NCBI RefSeq assembly: GCF_002310835.1
Contig: NZ_CP011041.1
Location: 1,050,001-1,082,000 of the forward strand
Direction: 5' to 3'
DNA length: 32,000 bases
Source of the DNA: Pseudoalteromonas tetraodonis
GTDB taxonomy: Bacteria > Pseudomonadota > Gammaproteobacteria > Enterobacterales > Alteromonadaceae
Positions within the stretch are counted from its first letter, which is position 1. Every line of letters begins with the position of its first letter. Below, piece after piece: positions 8,319 to 17,385 of this stretch. The notes under the pieces were generated by a model that saw nothing but the letters and a program-made list of their open reading frames with translations, had not been told where the DNA came from and did no database searches. The translations under genes were made by a program, and so were the position numbers.

Positions 8319-9875
8319 ATGCGTTTAGATATTCACTGTGCAGACCGAGTTGGTATTGCTCAAGAGATTCTTAATATTTTAGTTAGCTACAATGTTGACT
8401 TAAAGGGGATTGAAGTCGACTCAGTAAATTGTCGTATGTATGTGAGTTTTCCTGAGATTGAATTTGAACAATTTCAAAAAATCATGCCGTCTATTCGCTT
8501 AATCGATGGTGTACATGATGTACGCACAACCGCGTTTTTACCGTCTGAACGTGAGCACAACGAACTTAACACCTTATTAAGAGCACTTCCTGATGGCGTT
8601 ATATCTATTGATGCTAAAGGGTGGGTGCGCCTGTGTAACGACGCAGCCTGCAAAGATTTACAACTCACAGAAAAAGAAGTCACCGGTGCTAATATTAATA
8701 ATTTGCTCAAAGGCTTTAACTTTACGCGTTGGTTAGAGGGCAAAGAAGTACTGGGGCAAACCACGCGTGTTGAAGTAGCAGGTGAAGATTTTATTGCTGA
8801 TATTCTGCCTATTGCGGTCCCTCAAGGCAGCGAAGGCGATGTGTTAGCGGGCGCGGTAATTAATATAAAATCGCAAAGCCGTTTAGGTCAGCAAGTGAGT
8901 GCTTTTAGGCGTTATGGCCAAGAAAGCTTCGCGACTATTCATAACTTTAGCACGGCGATGCGCCGTGTGGTTCGCGAAGCGCGAAAAATGGCGCAACTTG
9001 AAGCTCCCATTCTTATTACGGGTGAAACGGGGACGGGTAAAGAGTTGCTAGCACGAGCTTGTCACTATGCATCTAACCGCTCAGTAAAACCATTTATTGC
9101 TTTATCGTGTGCCTCGTTACCAGATGATGTTGCTGAGTCCGAACTATTCGGTTATGCCGGGTATGAAGAAAACGCAGCGCCTAAACGTGGTGTACTCGAA
9201 CAAGCGGATGGTGGAACGGTATTTTTAGATGAAGTAGGTGAAATGTCGACGCAGCTACAAACTAAATTGCTACGTTTTTTACAAGACGGTACATTTAGAA
9301 AAGTTGGCGACGAAAACGAAGTTAAAGTGAACGTGCGTATTATTGCTGCCACGCAAAAAGATTTACCAGCAATGGTTCAAGAGGGCGTATTTAGAGAAGA
9401 TTTATACTACCGAATTAATGTATTAACACTGGAAATTGCGCCGCTTAGAGATCGTAAAGCGGATGTTGGGCCACTTGCTGAACACTTTATTCAAAAATAT
9501 GCGCAGCAAAATGGCCATACAGTCCCCGAGTTATCTGAAGAATGTTTAACGTTTTTACAAGATTACCCATGGCCTGGCAATGTACGCCAATTAGAAAACG
9601 CGATTTACCGTGCGGTATCGTTGTTAGAAGACAGTGAACTGCGCGTTGAACATTTACAGTTACCTACGTTTACCCATGATTTAGGCTATTTAGAGTCTGA
9701 TTTTGAGGGCTCGCTTGATCAAGCGGTTAAGCGTTTTGAAGCCACCTTACTGCGTAAGCTTTATCCTGCCTATCCTAGCTCTCGTCAGTTAGCTAAACGC
9801 TTGGGACTGAGTCATACTGCTGTGGCTAATAAATTGCGTGATTACGGCATTAACCGCAAAACGGTTAAAGTTTAA
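8319..9875 (+). CDS. tyrR: TyrR-family transcriptional regulator (ACT-PAS-AAA+-HTH)
   Basis: 518 aa. It has an N-terminal ACT-like MRLDIHCADRVGIAQEILN and an AAA+ core with Walker A GETGTGKE. The position of the sigma54-contacting GAFTGA loop reads FGYAGYEENAAPKRG, which is not GAFTGA and matches sigma70-acting TyrR. There is a C-terminal HTH (SSRQLAKRLGLSHTAVANKLR). Confidence 0.85.
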   Translation: MRLDIHCADRVGIAQEILNILVSYNVDLKGIEVDSVNCRMYVSFPEIEFEQFQKIMPSIRLIDGVHDVRTTAFLPSEREHNELNTLLRALPDGVISIDAKGWVRLCNDAACKDLQLTEKEVTGANINNLLKGFNFTRWLEGKEVLGQTTRVEVAGEDFIADILPIAVPQGSEGDVLAGAVINIKSQSRLGQQVSAFRRYGQESFATIHNFSTAMRRVVREARKMAQLEAPILITGETGTGKELLARACHYASNRSVKPFIALSCASLPDDVAESELFGYAGYEENAAPKRGVLEQADGGTVFLDEVGEMSTQLQTKLLRFLQDGTFRKVGDENEVKVNVRIIAATQKDLPAMVQEGVFREDLYYRINVLTLEIAPLRDRKADVGPLAEHFIQKYAQQNGHTVPELSEECLTFLQDYPWPGNVRQLENAIYRAVSLLEDSELRVEHLQLPTFTHDLGYLESDFEGSLDQAVKRFEATLLRKLYPAYPSSRQLAKRLGLSHTAVANKLRDYGINRKTVKV

Positions 9876-9904
9876 AGATAGATACCCAAATATTCTCATT
9901 TAGT

Positions 9905-9944
9905 GATTGATTCCTTGGTTTAAAAACAACCAAAGGAGTCAATC
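9905..9944 (+). terminator. Strong hairpin 30 nt after the tyrR stop (terminator-like, no U-tract)
   Basis: 16-bp stem 9905-9920 / 9928-9944 with one bulge and one G-U pair that is valid only on the plus strand. The loop is 7 nt. No T-run follows, so it may be a stability or processing element rather than an intrinsic terminator. Confidence 0.4.
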
Positions 9945-9987
9945 GCTATGATACACTGATAAAAACTCAACTGGTAAGACCTCTACT

Positions 9988-10524
9988 GTGAACTTATATT
10001 TTAGACTACTGCTGTTATTTTTTAAAATTAAACGTAATCGTGACTATCAATCGTTGTTAGATACGGTTGATATAGACTACAAAGCATTACCAAGTGACTG
10101 CGATATTAATTTGCATTTAACCAATTCACGCTATTTGGCGATGATGGATTTATCGCGTACCTGGATGACTGAACGGGTTGGTTTGCTTAAGCAAATAATG
10201 AAACGTCGTTGGTTTCCTATTGTTAATGCGACAGCTATTACCTACATCCGCGATATTAAGCCAATGCAACGTTTTACTATTAGTACGCGTTTGGTTGGCT
10301 GGGATCATAAATACTTTTACATTGAACAAAAGTTTCATTCTGAGCGGGGCTTACATGCCATTGCTTATGTGCGCGGCGTGTTTAAAAGTAAGAAAGGGGT
10401 GGTCAGTGTTGAGCATATGCTCGAGGTTGCAGGCTTTGACGGGGTTGCCCCCATTTTACCGGCTGAAATAATTCACTGGAAAGAAATGCTTGAGCAAAAA
10501 AAAGTAAATAACTTACCTCGCTAA
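9988..10524 (+). CDS. Acyl-CoA thioesterase-like protein (hotdog superfamily)
   Basis: 178 aa with a GTG start. The pattern DINLHLTNSRYLAMMDLSR...FTISTRLVGWDHKYFYIEQKF is typical of the thioesterase-like 4HBT_2-type family, recognised from memory. Confidence 0.6.
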   Translation: MNLYFRLLLLFFKIKRNRDYQSLLDTVDIDYKALPSDCDINLHLTNSRYLAMMDLSRTWMTERVGLLKQIMKRRWFPIVNATAITYIRDIKPMQRFTISTRLVGWDHKYFYIEQKFHSERGLHAIAYVRGVFKSKKGVVSVEHMLEVAGFDGVAPILPAEIIHWKEMLEQKKVNNLPR

Positions 10525-10532
10525 ACACAGGC

Positions 10533-10558
10533 AAAAAAAAAGGCCTAACGGCCTTTTT
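10533..10558. terminator. Bidirectional rho-independent terminator (thioesterase / ompW)
   Basis: A8-AAGGCC-TAAC-GGCCTT-T5 (stem 10540-10545 / 10550-10555) lies between convergent genes. Confidence 0.85.
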
Positions 10559-10577
10559 AACACACACATAAACGTTA

Positions 10578-11231
10578 TTAAAACGAGTATTTAAGACCAA
10601 ACATGGCAACAACAGGGTCAAGTGACACGGTTGATGTTAATGCTTTTGCGCCATTAGCATAAACAGTCGCATCAGTATCAATATCCATGATTGATACCAT
10701 AGCGTGTAGGCCCCATTTTTCATCAATCTTGTAGTTAGCACCTACTTGAGCAACAAAACCAAATGAATCATCTAGTTTTACTTCTACATCGTTAGTTCCT
10801 AACGTTGCTTTAAGTGCTGCAGAAGGCTGTTCGTCAAAGAACGTCGTATAGTTAATTCCCACACCTACAAACGGACGAAGTGCATAGCTGCTATCTAAAA
10901 AGTGGTATTGTGCAACCAGTGATGGTGGTAAATGTTTAATATCAGCAATTTTATTACCAGCTAAACCACCAGTACCTTCTACATCATGAGAAAACGGCGT
11001 TGCTGCAATAAGCTCTAATACCCATTGGTCGTTAAATGCGTAATCTACAGTAATACCTAACTGAGTATCTGAGTCGCCTTTTAAGCCTAGAGTAGGTGCT
11101 TCGTTAATTTTTGAACCATCGTTATCTGGATTAACATTAATTGCGCCAACATTAACACTAAAGTTAGCGTGTGCTGCAGGAGAAAGAGCCAGTAAAGAAG
11201 TAAGTATTGCAATGCTTAGTTTAGTTTTCAT
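10578..11231 (-). CDS. ompW: OmpW-family outer-membrane beta-barrel protein
   Basis: 217 aa. It has a Sec signal peptide MKTKLSIAILTSLLALSPAAHA, alternating beta-strand pattern, and a C-terminal aromatic end (GLKYSF). Confidence 0.85.
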   Translation of the reverse strand: MKTKLSIAILTSLLALSPAAHANFSVNVGAINVNPDNDGSKINEAPTLGLKGDSDTQLGITVDYAFNDQWVLELIAATPFSHDVEGTGGLAGNKIADIKHLPPSLVAQYHFLDSSYALRPFVGVGINYTTFFDEQPSAALKATLGTNDVEVKLDDSFGFVAQVGANYKIDEKWGLHAMVSIMDIDTDATVYANGAKALTSTVSLDPVVAMFGLKYSF

Positions 11232-11504
11232 GTTGTTCTCCGTGAACTACTGTGTGACTATTTGTTGATTGAGGCTATTATTGCTCGAGGTTAAAAATAA
11301 AAACCTGTTCTAGATCAAAGTTTCAAAAGCGGATGAGTAAAGAGCCTCTATTTATTGATTTAGATTAAACTTTTACTTAATTAGTGCTTAAAAATTATTG
11401 ACTGATCACTTAAATACAAGCCGCAAACGAAGTATTCATAATATAATCAGCTAGTTTTGTTAAACTAAGGCTATGTTCACGGTTTAATAAAAGAAAGCGA
11501 CCTC

Positions 11505-12923
11505 ATGACTCCCTCTGGTCAACTATTTCTTCAAGGCTCCATTGCTAAAGCGCTGTTGAAATTAGGTATTCCTATTATCCTCATTAATATATTGCAGTCG
11601 GCTTATCAGCTTACGGATGCATTTTGGGTTGGGCGATTAGGAGCAACCCAAGTCGCTGCAGTGTCTATTAGTACCCCGATCACTTTTTTAGTCATTGCTA
11701 TAGGCTCTGGGCTTGCAATGGCCGGTGCTATTTTATCGGCGCAATACATGGGCGCAGGTCAGCAAGATAAAGTGAACCATGTTGCAGCGCAAACGGTGTT
11801 AATGGTTGCATTTACCGCCTTAGTGTTAGGGCTACTTGGTTATGTACTTTCCCCATACTTTTTAAAACTGCTAGGCGTTGAGCAGGCGGTTTACAGTGAT
11901 GCGCTTAAGTTTATGCATGTGTCCTTTATTGGCGTTATTTTTGTGTTTATTTACGCCATGTTCCAATCACTAATGCGGGGCATTGGGCAAACTAAAGTAC
12001 CTTTAATCATAGTTAGCACCACCGTGTTACTTAATTTTATTCTCGATCCGCTATTTATTTTTGGTTATGGCCGTTTTGAAGGGCTTGGCGTTATGGGCGC
12101 TGCGCTGGCGACTTTGGTTACACAAAGTTTAGCGGCGCTGGCGGGAATTATTATATTTTTACGCGGTCGCCATGGTATTCAATTACAGCTAAAAAGCTTC
12201 TATCCCGATTGGCAATATATGAAACGGGCTTTTTTCTTAGGAGCGTCTGGCTCTATTGAATTATCAACACGTGCTTTTGGCTTGATCATCATGTCATTTT
12301 TAGTGGCAAGCTTTGGAACCGTTACCATTGCGGCTTATGGCGTGGGCTCTAATATTTTGCAAATGGTGATGATCCCTGCCATGGGTTTATCAATGGCGGT
12401 ATCAACCTTGGTGGGGCAAAATATGGGCGCCGGCAATATTAAACGGGCTGAGCAAATAACGAAGCTTGCCAGTATGTGGGGATTAATAGGCCTTTCTTTT
12501 GTTGGGGGCATTGCTTACTTGTATGCTGATACGCTGGTGGCATTTTTTATTCCCGAAGATAACAGTGTAATAAATAAAGGCGCGCAGTTTGTTCAAGTGA
12601 TGTGTTTAAGCTGGGGGGGAATTGGTGTTCAGCTTTGTATTGTTGCTGCTTTTCGTGCCTCTGGGAATATGCTTAATGCCATGATTATCGCGTTATTATC
12701 ACAATGCGTGGTGCAGTTTCCTGCCGCTTATATTCTTTCTAATCACACTTTGCTTGGCGATCAGGGAATATGGTATTCGTTTGCAATTACGAACATAACC
12801 ATCGCACTGATAGCGTTCGCTTGGTTTATGCGTGGCGCATGGAAAAAAACCAGATTAACCAAAGAAGATAAACACATTGTGCAGGTGACACGAGAAACAT
12901 TAATAGAAGAGGGCACACGTTAG
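11505..12923 (+). CDS. MATE-family multidrug/metabolite efflux transporter
   Basis: 472 aa with about 12 TM segments. The N-terminus is MATE-typical: LKLGIPIILINILQSAYQLTDAFWVGRLG. Confidence 0.85.
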   Translation: MTPSGQLFLQGSIAKALLKLGIPIILINILQSAYQLTDAFWVGRLGATQVAAVSISTPITFLVIAIGSGLAMAGAILSAQYMGAGQQDKVNHVAAQTVLMVAFTALVLGLLGYVLSPYFLKLLGVEQAVYSDALKFMHVSFIGVIFVFIYAMFQSLMRGIGQTKVPLIIVSTTVLLNFILDPLFIFGYGRFEGLGVMGAALATLVTQSLAALAGIIIFLRGRHGIQLQLKSFYPDWQYMKRAFFLGASGSIELSTRAFGLIIMSFLVASFGTVTIAAYGVGSNILQMVMIPAMGLSMAVSTLVGQNMGAGNIKRAEQITKLASMWGLIGLSFVGGIAYLYADTLVAFFIPEDNSVINKGAQFVQVMCLSWGGIGVQLCIVAAFRASGNMLNAMIIALLSQCVVQFPAAYILSNHTLLGDQGIWYSFAITNITIALIAFAWFMRGAWKKTRLTKEDKHIVQVTRETLIEEGTR

Positions 12924-12994
12924 CCTGTACTTTCATAATGCGGTCATAAAAAGTCGTTGTAATAAATACACTGCTAAAACGAGGTGTGTTTATT

Positions 12995-14200
12995 ATGACA
13001 AAAGCTATCAACAAAAAAGTACCCGCGCCGTACTTAACTATTGCACAGTTAAAAACGCTCAGTCACTTACAAACGCTGATCCAATTTAAGTCAATTACGC
13101 CTAATTCCGCTGGTGGTATTGAGTGGCTGGCACATCAGCTAACTGATTTAGGTTTTAGCATTGAGCAGTTTAGTGCCCATAATGTCACTAATTTAATTGC
13201 TAAAATATCTTTTGGAGCAGGCCCTGTGGTGGCATTTTCTGGTCATATTGATGTGGTCCCTGCTGCGCAAGGTGGCTGGTTAGCTGATCCGTTTGATGGA
13301 AAAATAATTAATGATGCGATTTATGGGCGTGGTGCCGCCGATATGAAAGGAGGCATTGCAGCCATGCTTAGCGCAACGCAGTCGCTAATACATAGTGCGC
13401 AGCAAAAGCAGGGCACCTTGTATTGGTTGATCACCTCTGATGAAGAAGGTGAGGCAGAGCATGGCTCAGTGTTGATTGCGAAACGCCTAGCACAACAAGG
13501 TGTTGTACTTGATGGCTGTATTGTTGGTGAGCCTACAAGTCATTTGCAAGTGGGCGACACCATAAAAAATGGCCGACGTGGCGCGCTGTCAGCACGTTTA
13601 ACCATTCAAGGAAAAGCAGGACACGTGGCCTATCCTGAAAATACCATCAATGCTGCGCATATCAGCGCTGAAGTAGTGAATAGATTAACCCAAATTGATT
13701 GGCTTTTAGATGAGCCAAGCTCAAAAACAAGCTTGCAAGTTACCGGTATTAATATTGATAACGTGCTTGATAATTTAGTGCCTGCTCAATGTGATATTAC
13801 GTTTAATATTCGCTACAGCCATGGGTATAAAAGTACAGATGTGAAACAGCTGGTACTTACTGCACTGAATGATTTAAACGAATATTTAACGGTGCAATGG
13901 GAGCGCCCATGTGAGCCTTATTATACAAGCCATAGGGCAGAGCGCTGCTTACTCGCCCAGCTAGAGCAGGCAATATTTAACGTGACCGGAAGCTATCCAG
14001 TACTTAGTACCAGCGGCGGGACTTCAGATGGGCGGTTTTTTGCAAGTAAAAACACGCAAGTGATAGAGTGCGGGGTTTTAAACCAGACCATTCATCAAGT
14101 TAATGAACATGTGCCCATTAGCGACTTGTTACAAATAGAGAAAATATACACCCAACTATTAGTACATATATTTACTCAGTCTAATAATCAGGGGATTTGA
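12995..14200 (+). CDS. dapE: Succinyl-diaminopimelate desuccinylase (M20 family, DapE-like)
   Basis: Collinear with E. coli DapE motifs: GHIDVVP, GRGAADMKGG, ITSDEEG, VGEPT, KNGRRG, GHVAYP, GGTSDGRF. The ORF track starts at GTG 12986; I prefer ATG 12995, which is preceded by GAGGTG. It may be a paralogue. Confidence 0.7.
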   Translation: MTKAINKKVPAPYLTIAQLKTLSHLQTLIQFKSITPNSAGGIEWLAHQLTDLGFSIEQFSAHNVTNLIAKISFGAGPVVAFSGHIDVVPAAQGGWLADPFDGKIINDAIYGRGAADMKGGIAAMLSATQSLIHSAQQKQGTLYWLITSDEEGEAEHGSVLIAKRLAQQGVVLDGCIVGEPTSHLQVGDTIKNGRRGALSARLTIQGKAGHVAYPENTINAAHISAEVVNRLTQIDWLLDEPSSKTSLQVTGINIDNVLDNLVPAQCDITFNIRYSHGYKSTDVKQLVLTALNDLNEYLTVQWERPCEPYYTSHRAERCLLAQLEQAIFNVTGSYPVLSTSGGTSDGRFFASKNTQVIECGVLNQTIHQVNEHVPISDLLQIEKIYTQLLVHIFTQSNNQGI

Positions 14201-14235
14201 TAAATATGAAATTGCCTAAGTTTAAGTATTTAAGT

Positions 14236-14261
14236 TTAAGCGCCCAAGCTTAGGCGCTTAA
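14236..14261. terminator. Hairpin between convergent dapE and the acyltransferase gene
   Basis: 9-bp stem TTAAGCGCC (14236-14244) / GGCGCTTAA (14253-14261) with an 8-nt loop. There is no clear U-tract on either strand. Confidence 0.4.
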
Positions 14262-14283
14262 GTTAATATTTTAACGGCAAAGC

Positions 14284-16014
14284 TTAGTTTATTGAGGCGG
14301 TGTCTTGCGCTCCCAAATAGCGTTTTGCTTTACTCGGTTTTACTTTCTTAAGGTCGACCAATACCAATCCATCAATACAATTATTAAATTGCGGATCAAT
14401 ACTAAAACTTAAAAACGTTACCCCATTTGGCTCACATAGCTCGGTGTATTGTTTAAATAGTGTGGGTACATGGGTGCCCATATTAGCCAGTATGTGTTTA
14501 AGTTCTACAAAGTCTTCTTTGATGTTGTTACCCATAAACAAATTAGTGCATTGAATCTGCTGCTCACGGGTATGACGAAAAGCATTGTTAGGCGTTGCGA
14601 GTGACTTTTCAGAGCCATAATAGTGCTGATAGTAATGCACCAGTAAGGATTTTGCTTGCTCTGGCAGTGCGTTTGACACACTCACTGCACCAAATAAGTA
14701 ACGATACTGGGGGTAGCGATTAATAAAAGCACCAATGCCATACCATAAATAGTCGAGGCTTTTTCTGCCCCAGTATTTGGGTTGTACAAAACTACGGCCT
14801 AATTCTATGCCTTGCTTGAAGTATGGCGTCATCTCTTGGGTATAATTAAATAAGCTATCGGTATAAAGCCCACGTTGAGAGTGCTGTTCAATCACATCCT
14901 GCGCGCAGGCTAATCTGTAAGCGCCAACTAGTTCGAGTGATTGTGCATCCCATAAGACTAAGTGTTGATAATGCATGTCGTATTTGTCTATATCACGGCG
15001 ATTGCCACTGCCTTCACCTACTGCACGAAAGGCAATTTCCCGTAAGCGACCCAGTTCACGAAATAACGGTGAGCTGCCTTGGTATTGGTATAAATAAATA
15101 ACCATGCCATCACTGGTTTTACCTAAATGTTCACAGCTTTCGATGGCTTTTTTTAATTCTTTTTTACACTCTGGTGAGGCAATAGGGGCATGAGTTTTTA
15201 GTGGCAGTGTTTTTTTAGTGGTTAAACGGTACAGCTGTTTTCGTATAAGCTCGACCACTTCCTTGTCTTTTAAATCGGGTATTAAATAAGATTCAGGAGC
15301 AATGGAGGCGCCTATTTCAAATTCGAGCGATTTTTGGCGCTGTTTAAACATTTCTTTGACTAGTAATAAACTGGCAAGCGGTTTATATAGCATAGAGGCA
15401 CCGTAAAAAAGCGGGCTGTTTCTGGCTTTTATATGTATGGGTAAAATTGGGCTATTGGCTTTTTTAGCGATACGTAAAAACCCGCTGTTCCATTTACAGT
15501 CTTTGATCCCTGTTGGTCGAAGTCGAGAAACTTCACCCGCAGGGAAAATAAGTAATGCTCCTTCATTTTTTAAATGCTGGTGGATATTACTAAGCTCTTG
15601 TTTTTTACTTTGCCCCGACAAATTATCAACGGGTAGTAATAATGAATGCATTGCATCAACGGTCATTAGCATTCGGTTAGCCACGACTTTTAAATCGGCA
15701 CGCACCGTCGATAACACATTAATTAATGCAAGCGCATCTAAGGATCCAATTGGATGATTAGCAATAATGACAATTTTCCCTTCACTGGGAATATTTTCTA
15801 TTTGTTTTGCTTTGTATCGAGTGTCAAAATCAAGTTCATCAAGTACTTGCTCGACAAATTCTATTCCTTGAAGATGGGGATAAGTTGTTGCAAAGTTTGT
15901 AAACTCTTGTTCATGTAATAAGTAGCTAAGGCTCTTTTTTACCAGTTTTTTTATTTTAAATGAGTTAGTTAACTGTGGTAAGTTAGTCGCAATTACTTTA
16001 TCTACACTGATCAT
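14284..16014 (-). CDS. Two-domain acyltransferase: N-terminal PlsC-like acyltransferase + C-terminal OlsB-like GNAT N-acyltransferase (OlsF-like aminolipid synthase candidate)
   Basis: About 576 aa. The N-terminal half has ANHPIGSLDAL (NH-x5-D variant of the glycerolipid acyltransferase HX4D box) and a FPAGEVSR box. The C-terminal half has LREIAFRAVGEGSGNRRDIDKYDMHYQHLVLWD...LVGAYRL, typical of hemolysin-like/OlsB-type GNATs. The ORF track starts at GTG 16020; ATG 16014 has AGAGG at good spacing. Confidence 0.7.
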   Translation of the reverse strand: MISVDKVIATNLPQLTNSFKIKKLVKKSLSYLLHEQEFTNFATTYPHLQGIEFVEQVLDELDFDTRYKAKQIENIPSEGKIVIIANHPIGSLDALALINVLSTVRADLKVVANRMLMTVDAMHSLLLPVDNLSGQSKKQELSNIHQHLKNEGALLIFPAGEVSRLRPTGIKDCKWNSGFLRIAKKANSPILPIHIKARNSPLFYGASMLYKPLASLLLVKEMFKQRQKSLEFEIGASIAPESYLIPDLKDKEVVELIRKQLYRLTTKKTLPLKTHAPIASPECKKELKKAIESCEHLGKTSDGMVIYLYQYQGSSPLFRELGRLREIAFRAVGEGSGNRRDIDKYDMHYQHLVLWDAQSLELVGAYRLACAQDVIEQHSQRGLYTDSLFNYTQEMTPYFKQGIELGRSFVQPKYWGRKSLDYLWYGIGAFINRYPQYRYLFGAVSVSNALPEQAKSLLVHYYQHYYGSEKSLATPNNAFRHTREQQIQCTNLFMGNNIKEDFVELKHILANMGTHVPTLFKQYTELCEPNGVTFLSFSIDPQFNNCIDGLVLVDLKKVKPSKAKRYLGAQDTASIN

Positions 16015-16174
16015 ACGCACCTCTTTTTTATACTAGGCTAAAGCCAATATGTTTAGCTTAGAGTGCGGATATGACAATACGCGGTCAGTTGTGTGACTTT
16101 TTAAAACCGTTTACATACTATTGAATTGAACCATATCAGTACTACTATTCAGGGTTACTTTTTAAGGAATCATC

Positions 16175-17095
16175 ATGTCAGTTTTGGTGGCTATAACAGG
16201 CCGAGACAACACAAAATTAATAGCAAAAATGCAATCACGATTGCCTAGTATTCGAATTGAAGAACTTAATGATTGCCAAAATTTAGAGAGTGTAGAGTTC
16301 GTTTTAGCGTGGAATGCGCCTGCATCACTGTGGCCCACGTTACCAAACCTAAAGGCTGTGTCATCATTTGGCGCAGGCGTTGATAGCATTGATTTAAGTT
16401 TATTACCTGCGGATGTAGAGGTCGTGCGTATTGTTGATAAACAGTTAGCCAACGATATGGCTGAATACGTACTTACCCATGTATTAGCACAAAAATTGCG
16501 ATTAAAAGAATATGCAATAAAGCAACAGCAAAGTATATGGAAACCTAAAAGAGCGCATAAACATAATCAAGTAAGCATTTTAGGGTTTGGCGAACTAGGT
16601 CAAGCATGTGCACATAGGCTGGTTAATAACGGTTTTAACGTAAATGCTTGGAGCCGAAGCCCTAAAACATCAAACATTGCGACACTCTATCATGGTGATG
16701 ACGGCTTAACACAGATGCTTGCGCAAACCGATTATTTAGTATGTTTATTACCGCTTACCAGCAGTACCCAAGGCATTATTAATAAACAGTTACTTGAGCA
16801 ACTGCCTGAACATGCTGTGGTGATTAATGTGGCCAGAGGTGGGCATATAGTAGAAGCTGATTTACTTGATGCACTTAACAATACACGTATACGCGCAGCA
16901 ACGCTTGATGTGTTTGCCAGTGAACCACTGCCAAGCGAACACCCTTATTGGTTGCATCCAGGTATTACTTTAACACCGCACTGTGCTGCGTTGTCAGATC
17001 TGGATAGTGTTATTGAACAAATAGCAGAAAACATTTTGCGTTTAAAAGCGAAACAGCCATTAATAAATTGCATTGATAAGCAGCAAGGTTATTAA
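16175..17095 (+). CDS. D-isomer-specific 2-hydroxyacid dehydrogenase (glyoxylate/hydroxypyruvate reductase A-like)
   Basis: 306 aa. It has the NAD-binding GFGELG glycine motif and the catalytic-region pattern NVARGGHIVEADLLDAL...AATLDVF..EPL...HP. AAGGA SD. Confidence 0.8.
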   Translation: MSVLVAITGRDNTKLIAKMQSRLPSIRIEELNDCQNLESVEFVLAWNAPASLWPTLPNLKAVSSFGAGVDSIDLSLLPADVEVVRIVDKQLANDMAEYVLTHVLAQKLRLKEYAIKQQQSIWKPKRAHKHNQVSILGFGELGQACAHRLVNNGFNVNAWSRSPKTSNIATLYHGDDGLTQMLAQTDYLVCLLPLTSSTQGIINKQLLEQLPEHAVVINVARGGHIVEADLLDALNNTRIRAATLDVFASEPLPSEHPYWLHPGITLTPHCAALSDLDSVIEQIAENILRLKAKQPLINCIDKQQGY

Positions 17096-17097
17096 TT

Positions 17098-17131
17098 GGC
17101 AGTTGTTGGCCTTCAAGGATTAAAATTTGTT
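17098..17131 (+). repeat. Solo partial copy of the terminal repeat of the 17956-18220 element
   Basis: GGCAGTTGTTGGCCTTCAAGGATTAAAATTTGTT compares with GGCAAGGGTCTGTTGACCTTTGCGGATTAAAATTTGTT at 17952-17989. A 15-nt exact core, GGATTAAAATTTGTT, is shared (17117-17131 = 17975-17989) in the same orientation. Confidence 0.6.
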
Positions 17132-17167
17132 TAATTTTTAACAGAAACAGCTTGTTAACATTTGTAA

Positions 17168-17207
17168 TTTTTATTATTGTTAAAAACAGTTCTAACAATA
17201 ATAAAAA
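17168..17207. repeat. Perfect 15-bp A/T-only inverted repeat (possible operator or weak hairpin)
   Basis: TTTTTATTATTGTTA (17168-17182) and TAACAATAATAAAAA (17193-17207) are separated by a 10-nt spacer. The repeat ends 13 nt before the ATG of the mini-ORF. Confidence 0.5.
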
Positions 17208-17220
17208 AATAGGATGAATT

Positions 17221-17331
17221 ATGAAACCCAATCAAGGGGGCGCAAAAATTAGCATCGTGGTTGTATCTATCATTATATTAGGAATATCTGCCTGGTTTAA
17301 TCAAGCCAATGCGGCAGCGCTGCTGATCTGA
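17221..17331 (+). CDS. 36-aa mini-ORF resembling a bare Sec signal peptide (small membrane peptide or gene remnant)
   Basis: Hand translation gives MKPNQGGAKISIVVVSIIILGISAWFNQANAAALLI*. AGGA lies 7-10 nt upstream. It has a basic n-region, a hydrophobic core and an A-N-A cleavage-like site, then a stop after 7 more residues. A plus-strand terminator follows. Confidence 0.3.
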   Translation: MKPNQGGAKISIVVVSIIILGISAWFNQANAAALLI

Positions 17332-17341
17332 CCCTTATTTT

Positions 17342-17385
17342 CACAGCAAGATTTAGCTACGCTTGCTGTGTATTTCTCTATTTTG
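17342..17385 (+). terminator. Plus-strand rho-independent terminator overlapping the 3' end of smrB
   Basis: 9-bp stem CACAGCAAG (17342-17350) / CTTGCTGTG (17362-17370) with an 11-nt loop. A T-rich tail TATTTCTCTATTTTG follows on the plus strand only. Confidence 0.5.

Noticed and set aside
12995-16014. The idea that the M20 peptidase and the convergent OlsF-like gene form an N-acyl-amino-acid synthesis and hydrolysis pair.
   Set aside because: The M20 protein is collinear with genuine DapE across all catalytic motifs. The genes are convergent and separated by a hairpin. Adjacency alone does not support a functional link.
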